From: Camelus ferus
Taxonomy: Eukaryota
Assembly: GCF_009834535.1 (NCBI RefSeq)
Contig: NC_045697.1
Location: forward strand, 36,520,001 to 36,584,000
Direction: 5' to 3'
DNA: 64,000 nucleotides
Under the pieces are notes generated by a model. That model saw only the letters and a program-made list of their open reading frames with translations. It was not told the DNA's origin and ran no database searches. A program made the position numbers and the translations under genes. Of this stretch, positions 13,195-25,800 are shown one piece after another (position 1 is the first letter of the stretch; each line of letters begins with the position of its first letter).

Positions 13195-13540
13195 TTAATA
13201 ATAGCTTGTAATGATAGCCAACACTTACAACACACTTACTATGGACCAGGTACTATTCTATGGGCTTTATGAGTATTAATTAATTCAATCCTCACATCAT
13301 CCTGATGAGGAAGATCCCTATCACTTCGCTAATAGGAAATTAAGGCACAGACAAGGGAGGGTATATATAGCTCAGTGGTAGAGCGCTTGCTTAGCATCCA
13401 CAAGATCCTGGATTCAATCTAGTACCTCCACTTAAAAAAAAAAAAAGAAATTAAAGCACAGAGAGGTTAAGTGACTCTCTCAAGGTCACACAGCTGGTAA
13501 GTGGAGGGGCTGAAATTTGGATTCAAAGCAGACAGACGTT
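13195..13540 (-). mobile_element. MIR SINE interrupted by a tRNA SINE
   Basis: TTTAATCCTCAC-like segment and GCACAGAGAGGTTAAGTGACT…CAAGGTCACACAGCTGGTAAGTGG. Confidence 0.8.
13354..13446 (+). mobile_element. tRNA-derived SINE (camelid vic-1-like)
   Basis: GGGAGGGTATATATAGCTCAGTGGTAGAGCG (A box)…GGATTCAATC (B box), poly-A tail, and 16-bp TSD GAAATTAA(G/A)GCACAGA at 13336-13351 and 13447-13462. Confidence 0.88.
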
Positions 13541-13836
13541 CAGCTGAGGCATGCAGCTCAAGACTGTAATGTGCCATGCACTCAGGTGGCCGATGATTTG
13601 AAGGTGATTGCAATGTAGGAGGTAGGGAAAACAGAAGGAAAATTAGAAGGTTATTTATAACCCTATACTCTCTACTCCAGCCATTGTTTGCTGCCAGCTA
13701 GTAAGTGGCTGCTATGAGAAATAGAAACAGCAGGAGCTGGCAAGTGTGGCCAGTTCTAATCAAGTCGGCATCTTCAGGCCTGCGGTTGACAGGCATGAGC
13801 TGCAAGCTTCGAGCTGCTTGTGCCTTGGCTTCTGCC

Positions 13837-13940
13837 CTGTCAACAGGAGCATGCTCAGTGGGTCAGGTGGTGGGAGGAAGCAGCTGCTGTCAGTGGAGCA
13901 TGCTCAGTGGGTCGGTGGTGGAAGGAGGCAGCTGCTGCGG
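13837..13940. repeat. Two-copy ~49-bp tandem duplication
   Basis: GGAGCATGCTCAGTGGGTC(A)GGTGGTGG…GCAGCTGCTG starts at 13846 and again at 13895. Confidence 0.9.
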
Positions 13941-14359
13941 TCCCTACATGCCCTCTGGCCTGCTGTCTCCCTGCCAGTTTTCCTCTCCAAACATAACCTA
14001 ACTATCTCTAAGAGTAGGTGTGGCCCCAAGCATCCCAAGAAGCAGAAGCTAAAAGTGATCTTGTCTGCCTGGGTGGGTAACTTCCTGTGATTGATCTACT
14101 CCTCCTCTAGAGGGAGCTCTTTAGTCTAGGTATTTAGATACTGAAATGCAAAGCGTTTGTGGTGGAAAACAATTTATCAGGAGAAAAGAGGCAGCTGTTT
14201 CCATCCCATGCCAGCTAGGAGTACACCATCTTCTGTCTTATTAATAACAAGTCACAGTAGTAACCACCTGAGCTGTTACTTGTTCCATGCTTGGTCTTTA
14301 TCACCAGCTATGGGATTGGGGGAGTAGGACTTATCTCAGCAAATACTGCCCCAGCTGGG

Positions 14360-14662
14360 TTATATTATCCCCATTTTACAGATGGGGAAAATAAGGCTCA
14401 GTGATTAAGTCTTTATCCAAGATGACACAGCACTAAGGCAAAGGAGCTGAAAATTAAACACAGCTCTGGTTGGGATTTTGCTGCTGATTTAAAGGCTGTA
14501 TGTAACTATCAAATTACCCAAGTGCTTAACGTGGTCAGGCAGTTCCAAGCACTCTCCCCTCTGTTCATTTAATCCTCACAACCACCTAATGTAATTATCA
14601 TCCCCACTTTGCAGATGTGGAAACACAATACAAAGGTTCACTTGCCCGTGGTCACACAGCAC
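14360..14662 (-). mobile_element. Two MIR fragments
   Basis: ATTATCCCCATTTTACAGATGGGGAAA and CATTTAATCCTCACAACC…CTTGCCCGTGGTCACACAGC. Confidence 0.75.
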
Positions 14663-14666
14663 TTAC

Positions 14667-14774
14667 GGTGACTGGCCGTCCCAGTTTGCCTTGAACTGAC
14701 TGGGCTCCTGGGATGCTGGATTTTCAGTTTTAAACCAAGGTTAGTCCCAGGTAAACCAGGATGAGCTGGTCACC
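14667..14774. mobile_element. MER81-like hAT-Blackjack MITE
   Basis: Terminal inverted repeats GGTGAC…GTCCCAGTTTGCC / GGTAAACCAGGA…GTCACC, about 110 bp. Confidence 0.7.
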
Positions 14775-15984
14775 TCGTAAGCGGCAGAAACAGTTTAAAG
14801 TCAGAGTTGCAACTCCAAATAATATGATTACTCAGAGTACTCCATGGTCCTCTGACATCTTTTTCCTTTTCATATATTTTGCCCAAAGATTTAATAGAAA
14901 CAGAAGTGAGTGAGGTGGGGGCTTTTGTGGTTTCAGGTTCCTCCTGTGTGTGCTCACATGACACCCTCTTAGAAGGGCCTCCCAAAGGCCACCCTGCAAA
15001 CTCCTGCTTCAGCAGAGCTTCCTGACAGCCCTCGTAGGTCCAAAACACATGCAGTTCCAGGGCTTTCCAGCAACTGGAAGAATCGACTCCACTGTTTAGT
15101 TAGGAAGACCCACGCTGATAGCCAGGAGGGCCTGATAAATACCAGTGCTGCTCCCTGGGGTGACACCTCAGAATTCCAAGGCCCAGACCAGATGTGAGCT
15201 TGACAGTGGTTAATGAGGGATGGTGGAGGGCTCGGGCACAGTCCACATGCCAGGTCAATTCTTCACAGAGACGTCAGAATAGTTTATCCATTCTGTGAGT
15301 CTCCGACATCTTTGGGGTCACGGAGTTGTTTTCCTGGATGCTTTGGGGGAGGGAGAACAGACAATTCCCATGCCACAGCTGACTGAAGTTCTCCGTGAAC
15401 TGTCCACAAGGTTAGGGGGTGTGTGGTGGTGGCTGGGGGGGCGGGGGGAGGTCGTCTTTTTGGCTAACATTTAGAACCCTGCAATTCTTGGTTTCATTCA
15501 GAATTATCTGTAGTTTTAACACACTTAGAAAAGCCCAAAGTCTAGCTTCTTATTTTCGGGAAACTGGCCTACGTGGATGAACTGTGTTTCTATTTCAGGA
15601 TGACTAGGAAATGTTTGTAGGGTAATGGGAAAGGGTGGATGTCATGGTGGTGAGGGTTTCTAGAGATCGGAACTGACTGCCCAGTGAGGTTTTACAACCA
15701 GCTCTGAAAGCCACCTAGGCTTCCAGCCGCCTGGGCGGGGTCTTCGAGGGCCTGCAGTTTCAGTGATGTCTGCACAAGCCGGGGGGTGGAAGGCTCTCCA
15801 GAGGTGACAGCTTGGCATGGAGATGGGGCAGGGGTGGGAGAAGGTAGCAGGACATTCGAGTGGAAATCATTCCCAGATGGCACGTTAAAGCGTTTCCTTC
15901 CTTCCTCAAAGTGCCCTCCATTTCAGCCTTTAGGAAAAGTATGGGAGGCTCTGTGTGAGGGGCTGGGGGTGGGGGTGGGGGGGG

Positions 15985-16132
15985 GCGGGGGGTACAGTTC
16001 AGTGTGTGCTTAGCAGGCAAGAGGTCTTGGGTTCAAATACTGCTATCAAAAAAATAAATAAATAAAAATCCTAGTTACCTCCCCCTCAGGGAAAAAAAAA
16101 AAAAAAAGTAAAGTTAAAAAAAAAAAAAAAAA
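15985..16132 (+). mobile_element. tRNA-derived SINE (camelid type, long-tail variant)
   Basis: GGGGGGTACAGTTCAGT…GCTTAGCAGGCAAGAGGTCTTGGGTTCAA…AAATAAATAAA…CCTAGTTACCTCCCCC plus poly-A. Confidence 0.8.
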
Positions 16133-16804
16133 GAGGCCCTGAGCTATCTGGGCTGGGTGTCCAGAGCCCTTCTGCCTGCACGACACGACTCTCAGGGATG
16201 GAGAAAGTATGTTCCTCCTCACTCCGTGTTTGAAAATGTGTCATGGAAAGCTATTTGGCTCTTTAGTGCCAAATCTTTTTGCATGAAACAAACAAAAATC
16301 CTCTTTTTCCAGCCAGCTTCTATTTGTTAAATAGCTGCTTCTCTCCTTTCAGTTTATTAAAGGGCAACCACCTTACTCCTGTGACTATTTTATTTCTCTA
16401 AAACTGTTATGCAAACGGGGGAGGGAGCAGATGCAGGCAGTGCTGAACTCTTACTTACTTACAGGGTAACCGAACATCTTTCTCCCTCTCTCCTGCCAGG
16501 CCTGCCTTTGGGCTGCGGCTCTGCCCGATGCCTGTGGTGTGGCATAGCCACTGGACAAGGCTTTCTGCAGTTGAGCACATCTGCAAATTGTCCCTCTTCG
16601 CTCACACTGACCTCCACCACAAGTTTCTGCCCCAGCTGGCCTCTCACTGGGCTTTGTTTGAATGGCGGCCAAACTCATTTTATCCAACGGTAAATCTAAT
16701 CTCACTTTCTCCACCGAACTTCACAGGAAGTTCTCTGCTCTCTGAACTCATTTGTTCTTGCCACAAATATCTGAATGGCTACCAAATAGAAGGCCCAAGG
16801 CTAG

Positions 16805-17020
16805 ATGGGGAAAGAGGGTTGGAGGGATAAATTAGGAGTTCAGGATTTCTAGATGACACTAACTACTATATATAAAATAGATAAACAAGGTCCTACTGTA
16901 TAGCACAGGGAAATATATTCAATGCCTATCATGAAAAAGAATATGGAGAGGAATATATATGTATAAATGAATCACTATGCTGTATACCAGAAATTAAACA
17001 ATATTATAAATGAACTATAC

Positions 17021-17022
<2 letters not shown>
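16805..17022 (+). mobile_element. L1 3' end
   Basis: GGGATAAATTAGGAGTT…AAAATAGATAAACAAGGTCCTACTGTATAGCACAGGGAA…GAATCACTATGCTGTATACCAGAAA. Confidence 0.88.
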
Positions 17023-17069
<47 letters not shown>

Positions 17070-17080
17070 TGATGATGATG
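17023..17080 (+). repeat. (AAT)n(GAT)n compound microsatellite derived from the L1 tail
   Basis: About 15 AAT units followed by 4 GAT units. Confidence 0.95.
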
Positions 17081-17326
17081 CAATAGAAGTTCAGGGATGG
17101 AATTTTTGAAAATGTAGAAAAAAGAATATAAAAACCCCATAATTCTACCCCCTCAAGAAAATTCCTGCTAATCTGTGTTTATTCTTCCAATCTCTTTTTT
17201 CAGTGCATACACATATACATGTTTGTGTTTTTTTAATAACTGGGCCAAGTGAAATGCACATTTTTAAGGCATTTGAGATAGATTACTAAACTATTATCAG
17301 TATTATCAACATGCTTGTTCCCCTAT

Positions 17327-17445
17327 CCAGTGGTTCTTAACCTTAGATGAACAATCACCTGGGATGATTTAAAAAAATCCAGCCCATCGGGTACTTTAGA
17401 CCAACCAAATGAGAACCTCTGGGGTGGGTGCACCGAACATCAGTG
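17327..17445. mobile_element. MER5-type hAT-Charlie fragment
   Basis: CAGTGGTTCTTAACCTT…AATCACCTGGG…TTTAAAAA…GAACCTCTGGGGTGGG. Confidence 0.7.
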
Positions 17446-20400
17446 CAGAGTATTAGCACAAACTGTAGGGACTCACATCTCTGCACGATGGAATTTGGTA
17501 CCAATGGTCTTTTGGATCTGAACACTTAGATATTTTAAGCTTTTATTAAGATGGTAGGCATTATGAGCTGTGTATCACAATATAAAAATTGCACAGACAT
17601 CCAGCTAAAACATCAGGACCCTCCAGAAATCTTCAAAGGAACAGACTAACAGTCAGGCAAGAGTTTATGTTCCTAAGAAAAGGACTGTTATAAAGAATGT
17701 TGTATTTTCATCTTTAAGATGATTATCTCAAGCTGTATCATGAGTTTTCAAATATGAATATGCATATCTCCTATAAAATCAGACAGTGGTCTGCTAAAAG
17801 GAAACCATAGATTTTTTTTGATTCACAGGTGAACTTGGAAGTAGAGTTTTGGCCTCTTCAAGTGAAGACAGGCCCAGAGACACTGCAGAAATCACTCAGG
17901 ATTCTGGTAGTTTCGGACACTGAAACAATGAGCAGCTCTCTTTACTTTGCCAATTGCCCTAAAATACCCTCCAAGGGCTCCGCTGACTCTGTTCCCCCAT
18001 CCTCCCGCTTGCCTGTCAGTGACAGGGTTTGAATAATCTAGTGGAGGATTTCATTAATTATGATACTGAGAACTGATCTTCAGAGGACAACTTTTCCTAT
18101 TAACTTTAGTTGTCATCTGGCTGCTCAGCCTGTTCTTAAATCGACCATCAACTGGATTATGTAAAACTGACATTTTGGATAAGGGTCTTTGTTCTCCCAG
18201 AAAACCAGGAGATCTGGCTCACTCAGGTCTGCTCTCTTAGTGTTAATAGTATTGATGTGTTTTGGGAAGATATGGTTTGATAGGAAACAGTCTAATGGTT
18301 TAAACTAAAGTAGCAACACCTCCCCCCATTTAAAAATTAAAGTCAGCAAGGCTTTCATTGGACCTCACAGCACTATGGTCAGTATCTCGTCGAAACTGAT
18401 ATGAAGAGCTAGTGATGGAGAGTGAGCTTTCCTGTCCCAGGAACTGGCACCAGGAGGTGGTACTCAGGGGCCCGGCCGTGTGCTGAGTACATGCGCAGTA
18501 TCTTTCACGTGTACTACTCACCACCACCTATGGGGACGGACATATTGTTGATTCTCCATTTTACAGATGAGGAAACAGATTCGGAGAAACTAAGTCACTC
18601 ACCCAAGATCACACAAGAAGACCAAGATGATTTTCCCGGAAGTCACTCATTTCTAACACTGCTGGTAAATGGCCGATCAAGACATGAAAAACGGGTCCAT
18701 GTGACTTCAAGCCCCTATCCTTCTACCAGTCAACGTTGCCTCTAGGACTAATCCAATTCCTGGAGAGTTCACTACATTTCTGAGGAGACTATAAGTAAGG
18801 TTTTTGGGAAATAAACACAGCTGGGCAGTCTGCGTCCTGCATAGAGGTGCCCTAGCGAGGGCTTGAGGGGCGCACATCCAGCTAGGGCTCTGCTTCCCAA
18901 GCCAAGCACCAGCAAAGGATTCATCTTCCAAGAGGAAGGGGCCCTTTCTTTGCATAAAACAAAACAAAACTGACCACTTGGCAAGGGGATGGGGATGCTT
19001 TCTACAAATTTACGCACCATCAGAAGGTGTAGTGTGGAAGGAATCTGACTGTGTGTAGGTGGGCATTTGTGCTTGATTTGGAAGCTTCCAGAAAACTCTA
19101 TTGAGTAGTGTAGACAGTAGTTGTCTACGTTGTCCAGCCCTCAGCAGCCCCAGGGCCTTCCCATACTTCCCATGCTCCCCTGTTTCTCTTTTACTCTCAT
19201 GTCGAGCTCACAGAGCTACTCGATGTGGGCTCTGAGTCCCCCACGTCACAGATTGCAAAAGTTAAAAGTGCAGCCATTTGCCCAAAGTCATACAGCTGGT
19301 AAATCAAGAGGATTTAAACATGTCTTTTCCCACCTTCTATTTTTTCAGTTGCATGCTTTCAGCTTACCTAGTTAACCACACATAAAGATGCTTGGTTTCT
19401 TGTCTGCAATTCCAACTCTATTTTGATCTTGGAAAATCTCAGAAATATGTTCGTCCCTCAGTCTACAAAGTTGACTGGCCATCACTACCATGAGGAGAGG
19501 ACTGTCAGTCATGCTGGTGACTGGAAACAGCTCAAGTGATTAAGATTTGTTAAAGGTAGAGACTCAGTCACAGAAGGTTCTTGGATCAGAAACACGGTAG
19601 GCATCGCTATTATCCTGTGGCTGAAACTGCACCTGCCTTTCAGGGAGAGTACTCTGAAGGGCAGGAGAGGGGTGTGCCCAGGGAAAGGCACTGGCAAACG
19701 GGGCTGATTGTTAAAATAATGTGGCTCTTTGTTAGCTCAGTCACATTTTTAAGAAATACCACCTGATCAGTGCTAGCATGTACCCTGTCATTTAATAAAT
19801 GGGCAAAGGGGTAATTTGCAAATTGGACTTCCCAAATTGCTGGTATCTATCTAATTACTGTTTAATCAAAATAATCACTTGGTTATGGGTGTTCAGTTTT
19901 TTTAAAATACAGACCATTTGTTTGGAGGCTGCCTTAAAGAAAAACATTATAGTATGTTTTGGAACTTTTAAGAAAAAATTTAATAAACATTCCCGGATAA
20001 TTTAAGTCACATTCAACAGGAAACTTCTTCTAATCAATGATGATATGAACAAATAGAAAACTCAATCACTGGACACATTCCTAAGTGTCCATCCTACATT
20101 TACATCAGCAATTCAAGTTGAGGAATTTATAAATGTTGACGTAAAATAGTATGTTAGTGAGACACAACAGCTACTTCTGAACTTTTCCCAGAACGCTGAA
20201 TTCTCATGTATGAATTATCAATCAACCTACCAAATCCTGGCACCAACTGGGGGAATAAGCAAGTGTAACTTCATATTAGAATGACAACTTTTGGAAGAAA
20301 TCTTACAGCCCAATGGAAACTGTTGGCCAAGCAGCCTGTAAAGATACAGAACAAACTAATCCACAAGCTCTCACAGCCACAGCGATGAGAGGCTCCCCCT

Positions 20401-20889
20401 ACACATCCAAATGGCCACCATCTCAGTGCTGTTCCATCTGCTCTAGTCTCTGCTTGCTTAGCCTCTTCTCAGCTTTCTCAGGGTAAAATTATTCTTTTAT
20501 CTTGAAACTTTGTAACTTCTGGCACTTTTTAGTTGTGAATTCATCAGTCTCTCCAGTTAAATTGTCAGTATCTTAATGGTAGGGTGTCTTAAAATCTTTA
20601 TATCCCACCAGCAGCTAGCTCCACGGAAGGCTCACAGTGTTCATAGAATGAATTAAAATATAGAGCAAATTCCTCTTTGTAAGGTATACACTCATCATTC
20701 TAAAGTAATAGAAAATGAAGCCTAAATGAGGGGTAGGGAACACACGGATTAAAGACCAAATACATGCTGGGTTAAATAAAGTTTCAGACTACCCACCCCC
20801 CTCAAAAAAAAAACAAGAGAAACAAGAACAAAAAGCCAACCCAAGCTTGTGTTTATAAACATTACTTACAGCTTAAATATATCACTAGG

Positions 20890-21808
20890 CAGAAGACCTA
20901 AACAGACATTTCTCTAATAAAGACATCCAGATGGACAACAGGCACATGAAAAGTTGCTCAAAATCACTAATTATCAGAGAAATACAAATCAAAACTACAA
21001 TGAGGTATCACCTCACACTGGTAAGAATGGCCATCATTAAAAAGTCCACAAACAATAAATGCTGGAGAGGGTGTGGAGAAAAGGGAAGCCTCCTACACTG
21101 TTGGTGGGAATGTAATTTGGTGCAGCCACTATGGAAAACAGTATGGAGATTCCTCAAAAAACTAAAAATAGAGTAGCCATATGATCCAGAAATCCCACTC
21201 CTGGGCATATATCCAGAGAAAACTCCAATTCAAAAGGATACATGTACCCCAATGTTCAAAGCAGCACTATATACAATAGCCAAGACGTGGAAGCAACCTA
21301 AATGTCCATCGATAGATGATTAGATAAAGAAGTAGAATATATATATACAATGGAATACTATTCAGCCATAAAAATAAAATAATGCCATTTGCAACAACAT
21401 GGATGACCTAGAGATCATTCTAAGTGAAGCAAGTCAGAAAGAGACAAATATTATGATTATCCTTACATGTGGAATCTAAAAAAAATGAACAAGTGAACTT
21501 ATTTAACAAAAACAGAAACAGACTCACAGACATAGAAAATAAACTTATAGTTACCAAAGGGGAAGAGGGGGGAGTGGGAGGTATAAATTAAGAATTTGGG
21601 ATTAGCAGATACAAACCACTATATATAAAATAGATAAACATCCTACTGTATAGCACAGGAGACTATATACAATAGCTTGTAATAACCTGTAATGAAAAAG
21701 AATATGAAAAAATGTATGTGTAACTGAATCATTACGCTGTACACCAGAAACTAATACAACATTGTAAATCAATATACTTCAACTAAAAAAAAAAGAATCC
21801 AAAAAATA
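20890..21808 (+). mobile_element. Relatively young 5'-truncated L1 (ORF2 C-terminus plus 3' UTR) with a 15-bp TSD
   Basis: [91 protein letters not shown](A/G)CTAGG at 20875-20889 and 21809-21823. Confidence 0.95.
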
Positions 21809-22849
21809 AAATATATCGCTAGGAATTTAGAAATTCAGTTCTATATTCTCAGCACCAAAGTCAACTTCTTCATTGTATCTTTATAAACTGAGATAAAACT
21901 ATACCCATTCACTGAAAATTCTACTTCTACATAGTCAATGAGCCAGCTAATTCCCAGGTTCACCATACAATTAGCTATTTTTCTAACTCAAGGGTTTTTA
22001 AATTATCCACTGTTAACTACCTTTCTTCTATTTTAGGAATTTATCCCCCTAACTGTGTTCTCCTAGTTTGGTGTAGTACTCACTCTCTGATGGCTTCAAA
22101 ATCCTTGAGGAGGGTCTGCAAGATTCCCCAACCCAGTTTCCACTGCCCTGGGGCTGGCTCCAATGTTATAAAGATTCTCAGCCCGGGGGCATTCCCTGGC
22201 TCTGTCTTGCAGGCACGCTCCAGTCCCCTTTCAAACTCTTCATTGTGCCTTGGAAATGCTTTGGGTCCTCTGTACACATCCTGTGCCTTTACATTCCTCT
22301 GCCCTGTCCCCATCATTCAGCCAAGGCTGCATCCTGACTCCTCACTGGGTCAGCAGGACCACAGCAGAGGGTGTAGGGTGCAGCAGGGAGCCTCAGCAGG
22401 GGAAGGGGGCACCAGGGCTGTCAGCTAGAGGACTCTGAAAACAAAGACCTTGTGAAAGCTACCCCCTTACCGATCTTCCCCAATAATCCAAGGAACAAGC
22501 AGAGAGATTCTAATCCTGTGACACGGGTAAAACGCCACCAGCAATTAGGTGATGTTTATGGTCTAATATAGTTTACTCCCCCCTTACCCAGATTACTTTT
22601 GAGCGTATTACATGCTAGTTCCTGTGAACGCAGTTTTATGCTTTCTAAGTTTACCTAAACTTAGCACCCACGTTCAGTTGTCTTTCCAATCTGTCTTCTA
22701 AAATGCCTTACAGCAACACAACTGTTCTGGCCTAACCCTCTGTGTCTGACTTTCCCTTTGAGAATGACTCTCCCACTCGAAGGGACTTCAATCCGTCCAT
22801 CACACAGGCTGACCCAGGGATGATATCCACAACATAAAATTAAAAAGCA

Positions 22850-25800
22850 AGTGTGAAGTTCCGGGAGATCCTGAGCTCACTTCCTCCCACAGACACACTG
22901 AATCTGTAGCTATAATTTGGAACAATTTCCTATGGAAAAAAGAACCCGCGAGAACTAGCTGAGCGACCTCTGCGCACTGGGCAAGGGAGAGGGAAACCAT
23001 GTTGATACAGGAGAGGCCGAGACACAATCTCACCATAAGCCCCACTCCAGCACAGTGACCCACAACCAGGAAGGAACTCAAAACCTGAAACTTCTCCCTG
23101 AAAACCCCACATCAGGCACCTCATATTTTAAGACCTGTGCCTGAAAGATGAGCCTCAAACACTGAGCTTTGGAAAAAGCAGGGCACACGTGCACAAGACC
23201 CACAAAGCTGCAGCAAACCAAGAAATGGCAGTAAAGGGCTCTGGTACCCAGAATCACCCACCCCAGGGCACAGCACAGAAGCAGCCATTTGAAAAGTATC
23301 CAGACTTGATGTGAAAGATACTCATTTGCTAATCTTAAAGTGTCAGCCTGAGGGGGTAGGGGTTTGCTGGGTTACTCTCCAGAGATGGGGGTCCTTGCTA
23401 AAGCCCGCGGGCGCCATCGTCCGCTGGTGAGTGCCATCTTTATGCCCCGCTTTGCCGCACTGCAGATGGCCGGTATCACCGGCAGGGGAGCTTCTTCACA
23501 TACCTCTGGTGCCTGGGTTTTAGCAGTTGCTGCCCAGGGGACCTCCCTTGATTGGCTGGCTCTGAAGGCCAGGAGAGCTTGCCTTCTGTGTCCTGTGAGA
23601 TTGTAACAATCGGAGAGGCAGCTCTTGGCAGACGACCACCCCAAGGCACTGCGCAGACCTAAACCATTTTTCTGAGAAAGAAGCCTATTTGCTTGCCCAG
23701 GAGCTTCGGCTGAGTGGCAGGCCTCTGGCCCAGCACACTTCTAGGGCCCCACAGAGGTGTGCTCGGGGAATGGAGGCATGTGGTGCCAACTGGTGTCTGC
23801 CGGCGCCCCGCGACCCCCATTCCTGAGATCTCAGATATCCGCCTGCAAACTCTCCCAAAACCCACAAAGTACACCCTTTTCCTTGGCATGCGCCTGCCCT
23901 TGCAGAACTAACCACCCTAAGAAATGGCTAATCCCACAGTGGCCCAGGCGGACAGGCCTCACTGCACATCCTGCCCTTATCAGTCATAAATCCCGTTACT
24001 CAGAATAACCCTGACAAGTCTCACCTCACTTGTGAGCAGTCAGGTCCGTGTACGTGAGCTGATCCCACAGCCCCCTAGCCCTTGTGTGCACAACCCCTTC
24101 CCCAGTAAGAGAGCCTACGTGCTCACCCTCGGGGCTCACCCAGGCACCTCTCGTCTGTGCGGCCTGCTGCTGTCTATGACAGTGCACCTCATAAACTCCT
24201 TTCCTATTTTCATCCTTTGTCTTTGGTAAATTCTTTTACCGTCCGTGACACCGGCCTGCTGTGTTCCCCTACAGACCAGAGGATGCCATCTTTGCATTCC
24301 CCACTTGCCTTGCTCCAGCTCACCAATATCTCCCAGGCAGGAGCCCATGCCCCGGTCTGGAACCTGGATTTTTGTGGCTGCTGCCAGAGGACATCTCAAC
24401 GTCACATGGTTCTTGAACAGCTCCCACCCACAGGGCACAGCAAGGGACAGACCCAGGAGCTCCTTCTTTCCCTGTGGGAAGCCTGTTGGCTTATCTGCAG
24501 CCTGAGGGGCAGGCGGCTAATTCAGCACACATCCCAGGGCTAACTGTAATCCCTTCCCTAGCCCTGAGAGAATGGGCAGTATCTTCATGCTCTCCCTCGG
24601 CGGCTGTGCTCCAGAGCACTGGGAGGGAGCTCTCACATGCCTGGCACCTCAGTTTTTACATATTGTGCCCTGGTTTTTGTGTCTGCCACCCACAGACTAT
24701 CCCTTGATGGCTTGGCTCTAGTAGCTAGAAGGGCTGGCAGTCCTGGGTCCCTCGGTAGTGTGACGATCAGGGCCAGGTCTTGGCAGGCTACCCCCACCCC
24801 CGGGGGGCCACTGCACAAGCAGCAGACTGAAACACCCCCCCTCCCCCAGCCTTTCTGTGAAAGAGGCCTATTTGCTAGTCTTGGAGCTTTGGCCTGAGGG
24901 GCAGACTTTAGGTTGGTGCACACCTAGGAGCCTATGGAGATGCCCTTACGGCACACAGATGGGGTGCCATCTTTGTGTTCCCCTTCTACCTGACAATTCA
25001 TCAGTGGCTCCCAGAAAGGAGCTTATACACTCATCTGGAGCCTCACTTTTTTGCAGCTGCACACAGGGTCCCCTCCAGATCACCTGGCTCTGGTGGTCAG
25101 CAGGGCTTATGCCTGTAAGACCCACAGGACTGTATATATTTGCATCCTTTAATGGCTGCTGCCTGAGGGTCTGGCTTCCACTCAGCCTGATTCTACGTGC
25201 TGACTAAGATCCTTCTCTTTGAAACACTGACAGGTCTTGGCATACCCTCAACTGGGAGCTATTAAAAATAAGATGGGCTGCTTGGACAATCACAAAGGTT
25301 TGGGAGACAACCAAGAGCAGAGTTGAATGAGGAGGTTCATCTCCTGCAGGAGGCCATTCCTTCACGACTGGGAGGGGTGGCTGCTGCATCTCATCTTTGA
25401 AACCAGAACAGAGTCAAGCAAAAGGAAGAAACAGAGGAATATTTTTCCAAATGAAAGATAGTATGAAACCTCAGAAAAACCCTTAATGAAATGGAGATAA
25501 TTTACCTGATAAAGAGTTCAAAGTAATGGTCTTAAAGATGCTCACTGAACTTGGGAAATGAATGGATGAACACAGTGAGAATTTCAATAAAGAGATAGAA
25601 AATAAAAGTACCAAAGTCATGGATCTAAAGAATATAATAACTGGGAAAAAAAAAACCCACTAGAGGGGTTCAAGTGTAGACTAGATGAAACAAAAGGAAG
25701 AATCAGTGAACCCAAAGACAGGGCAGTGGAGCCCACCCAATCAGAGCAGCAAAAAGGAAAAAGGATGAAAAAAAGTGAAGATAGCTTAGGGAGGTAGCTT

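Noticed and set aside
13354..13430. tRNA gene-like sequence (also 57202-57280)
   Set aside because: Degenerate cloverleaf with a poly-A tail and TSDs indicates a SINE, not a tRNA gene.
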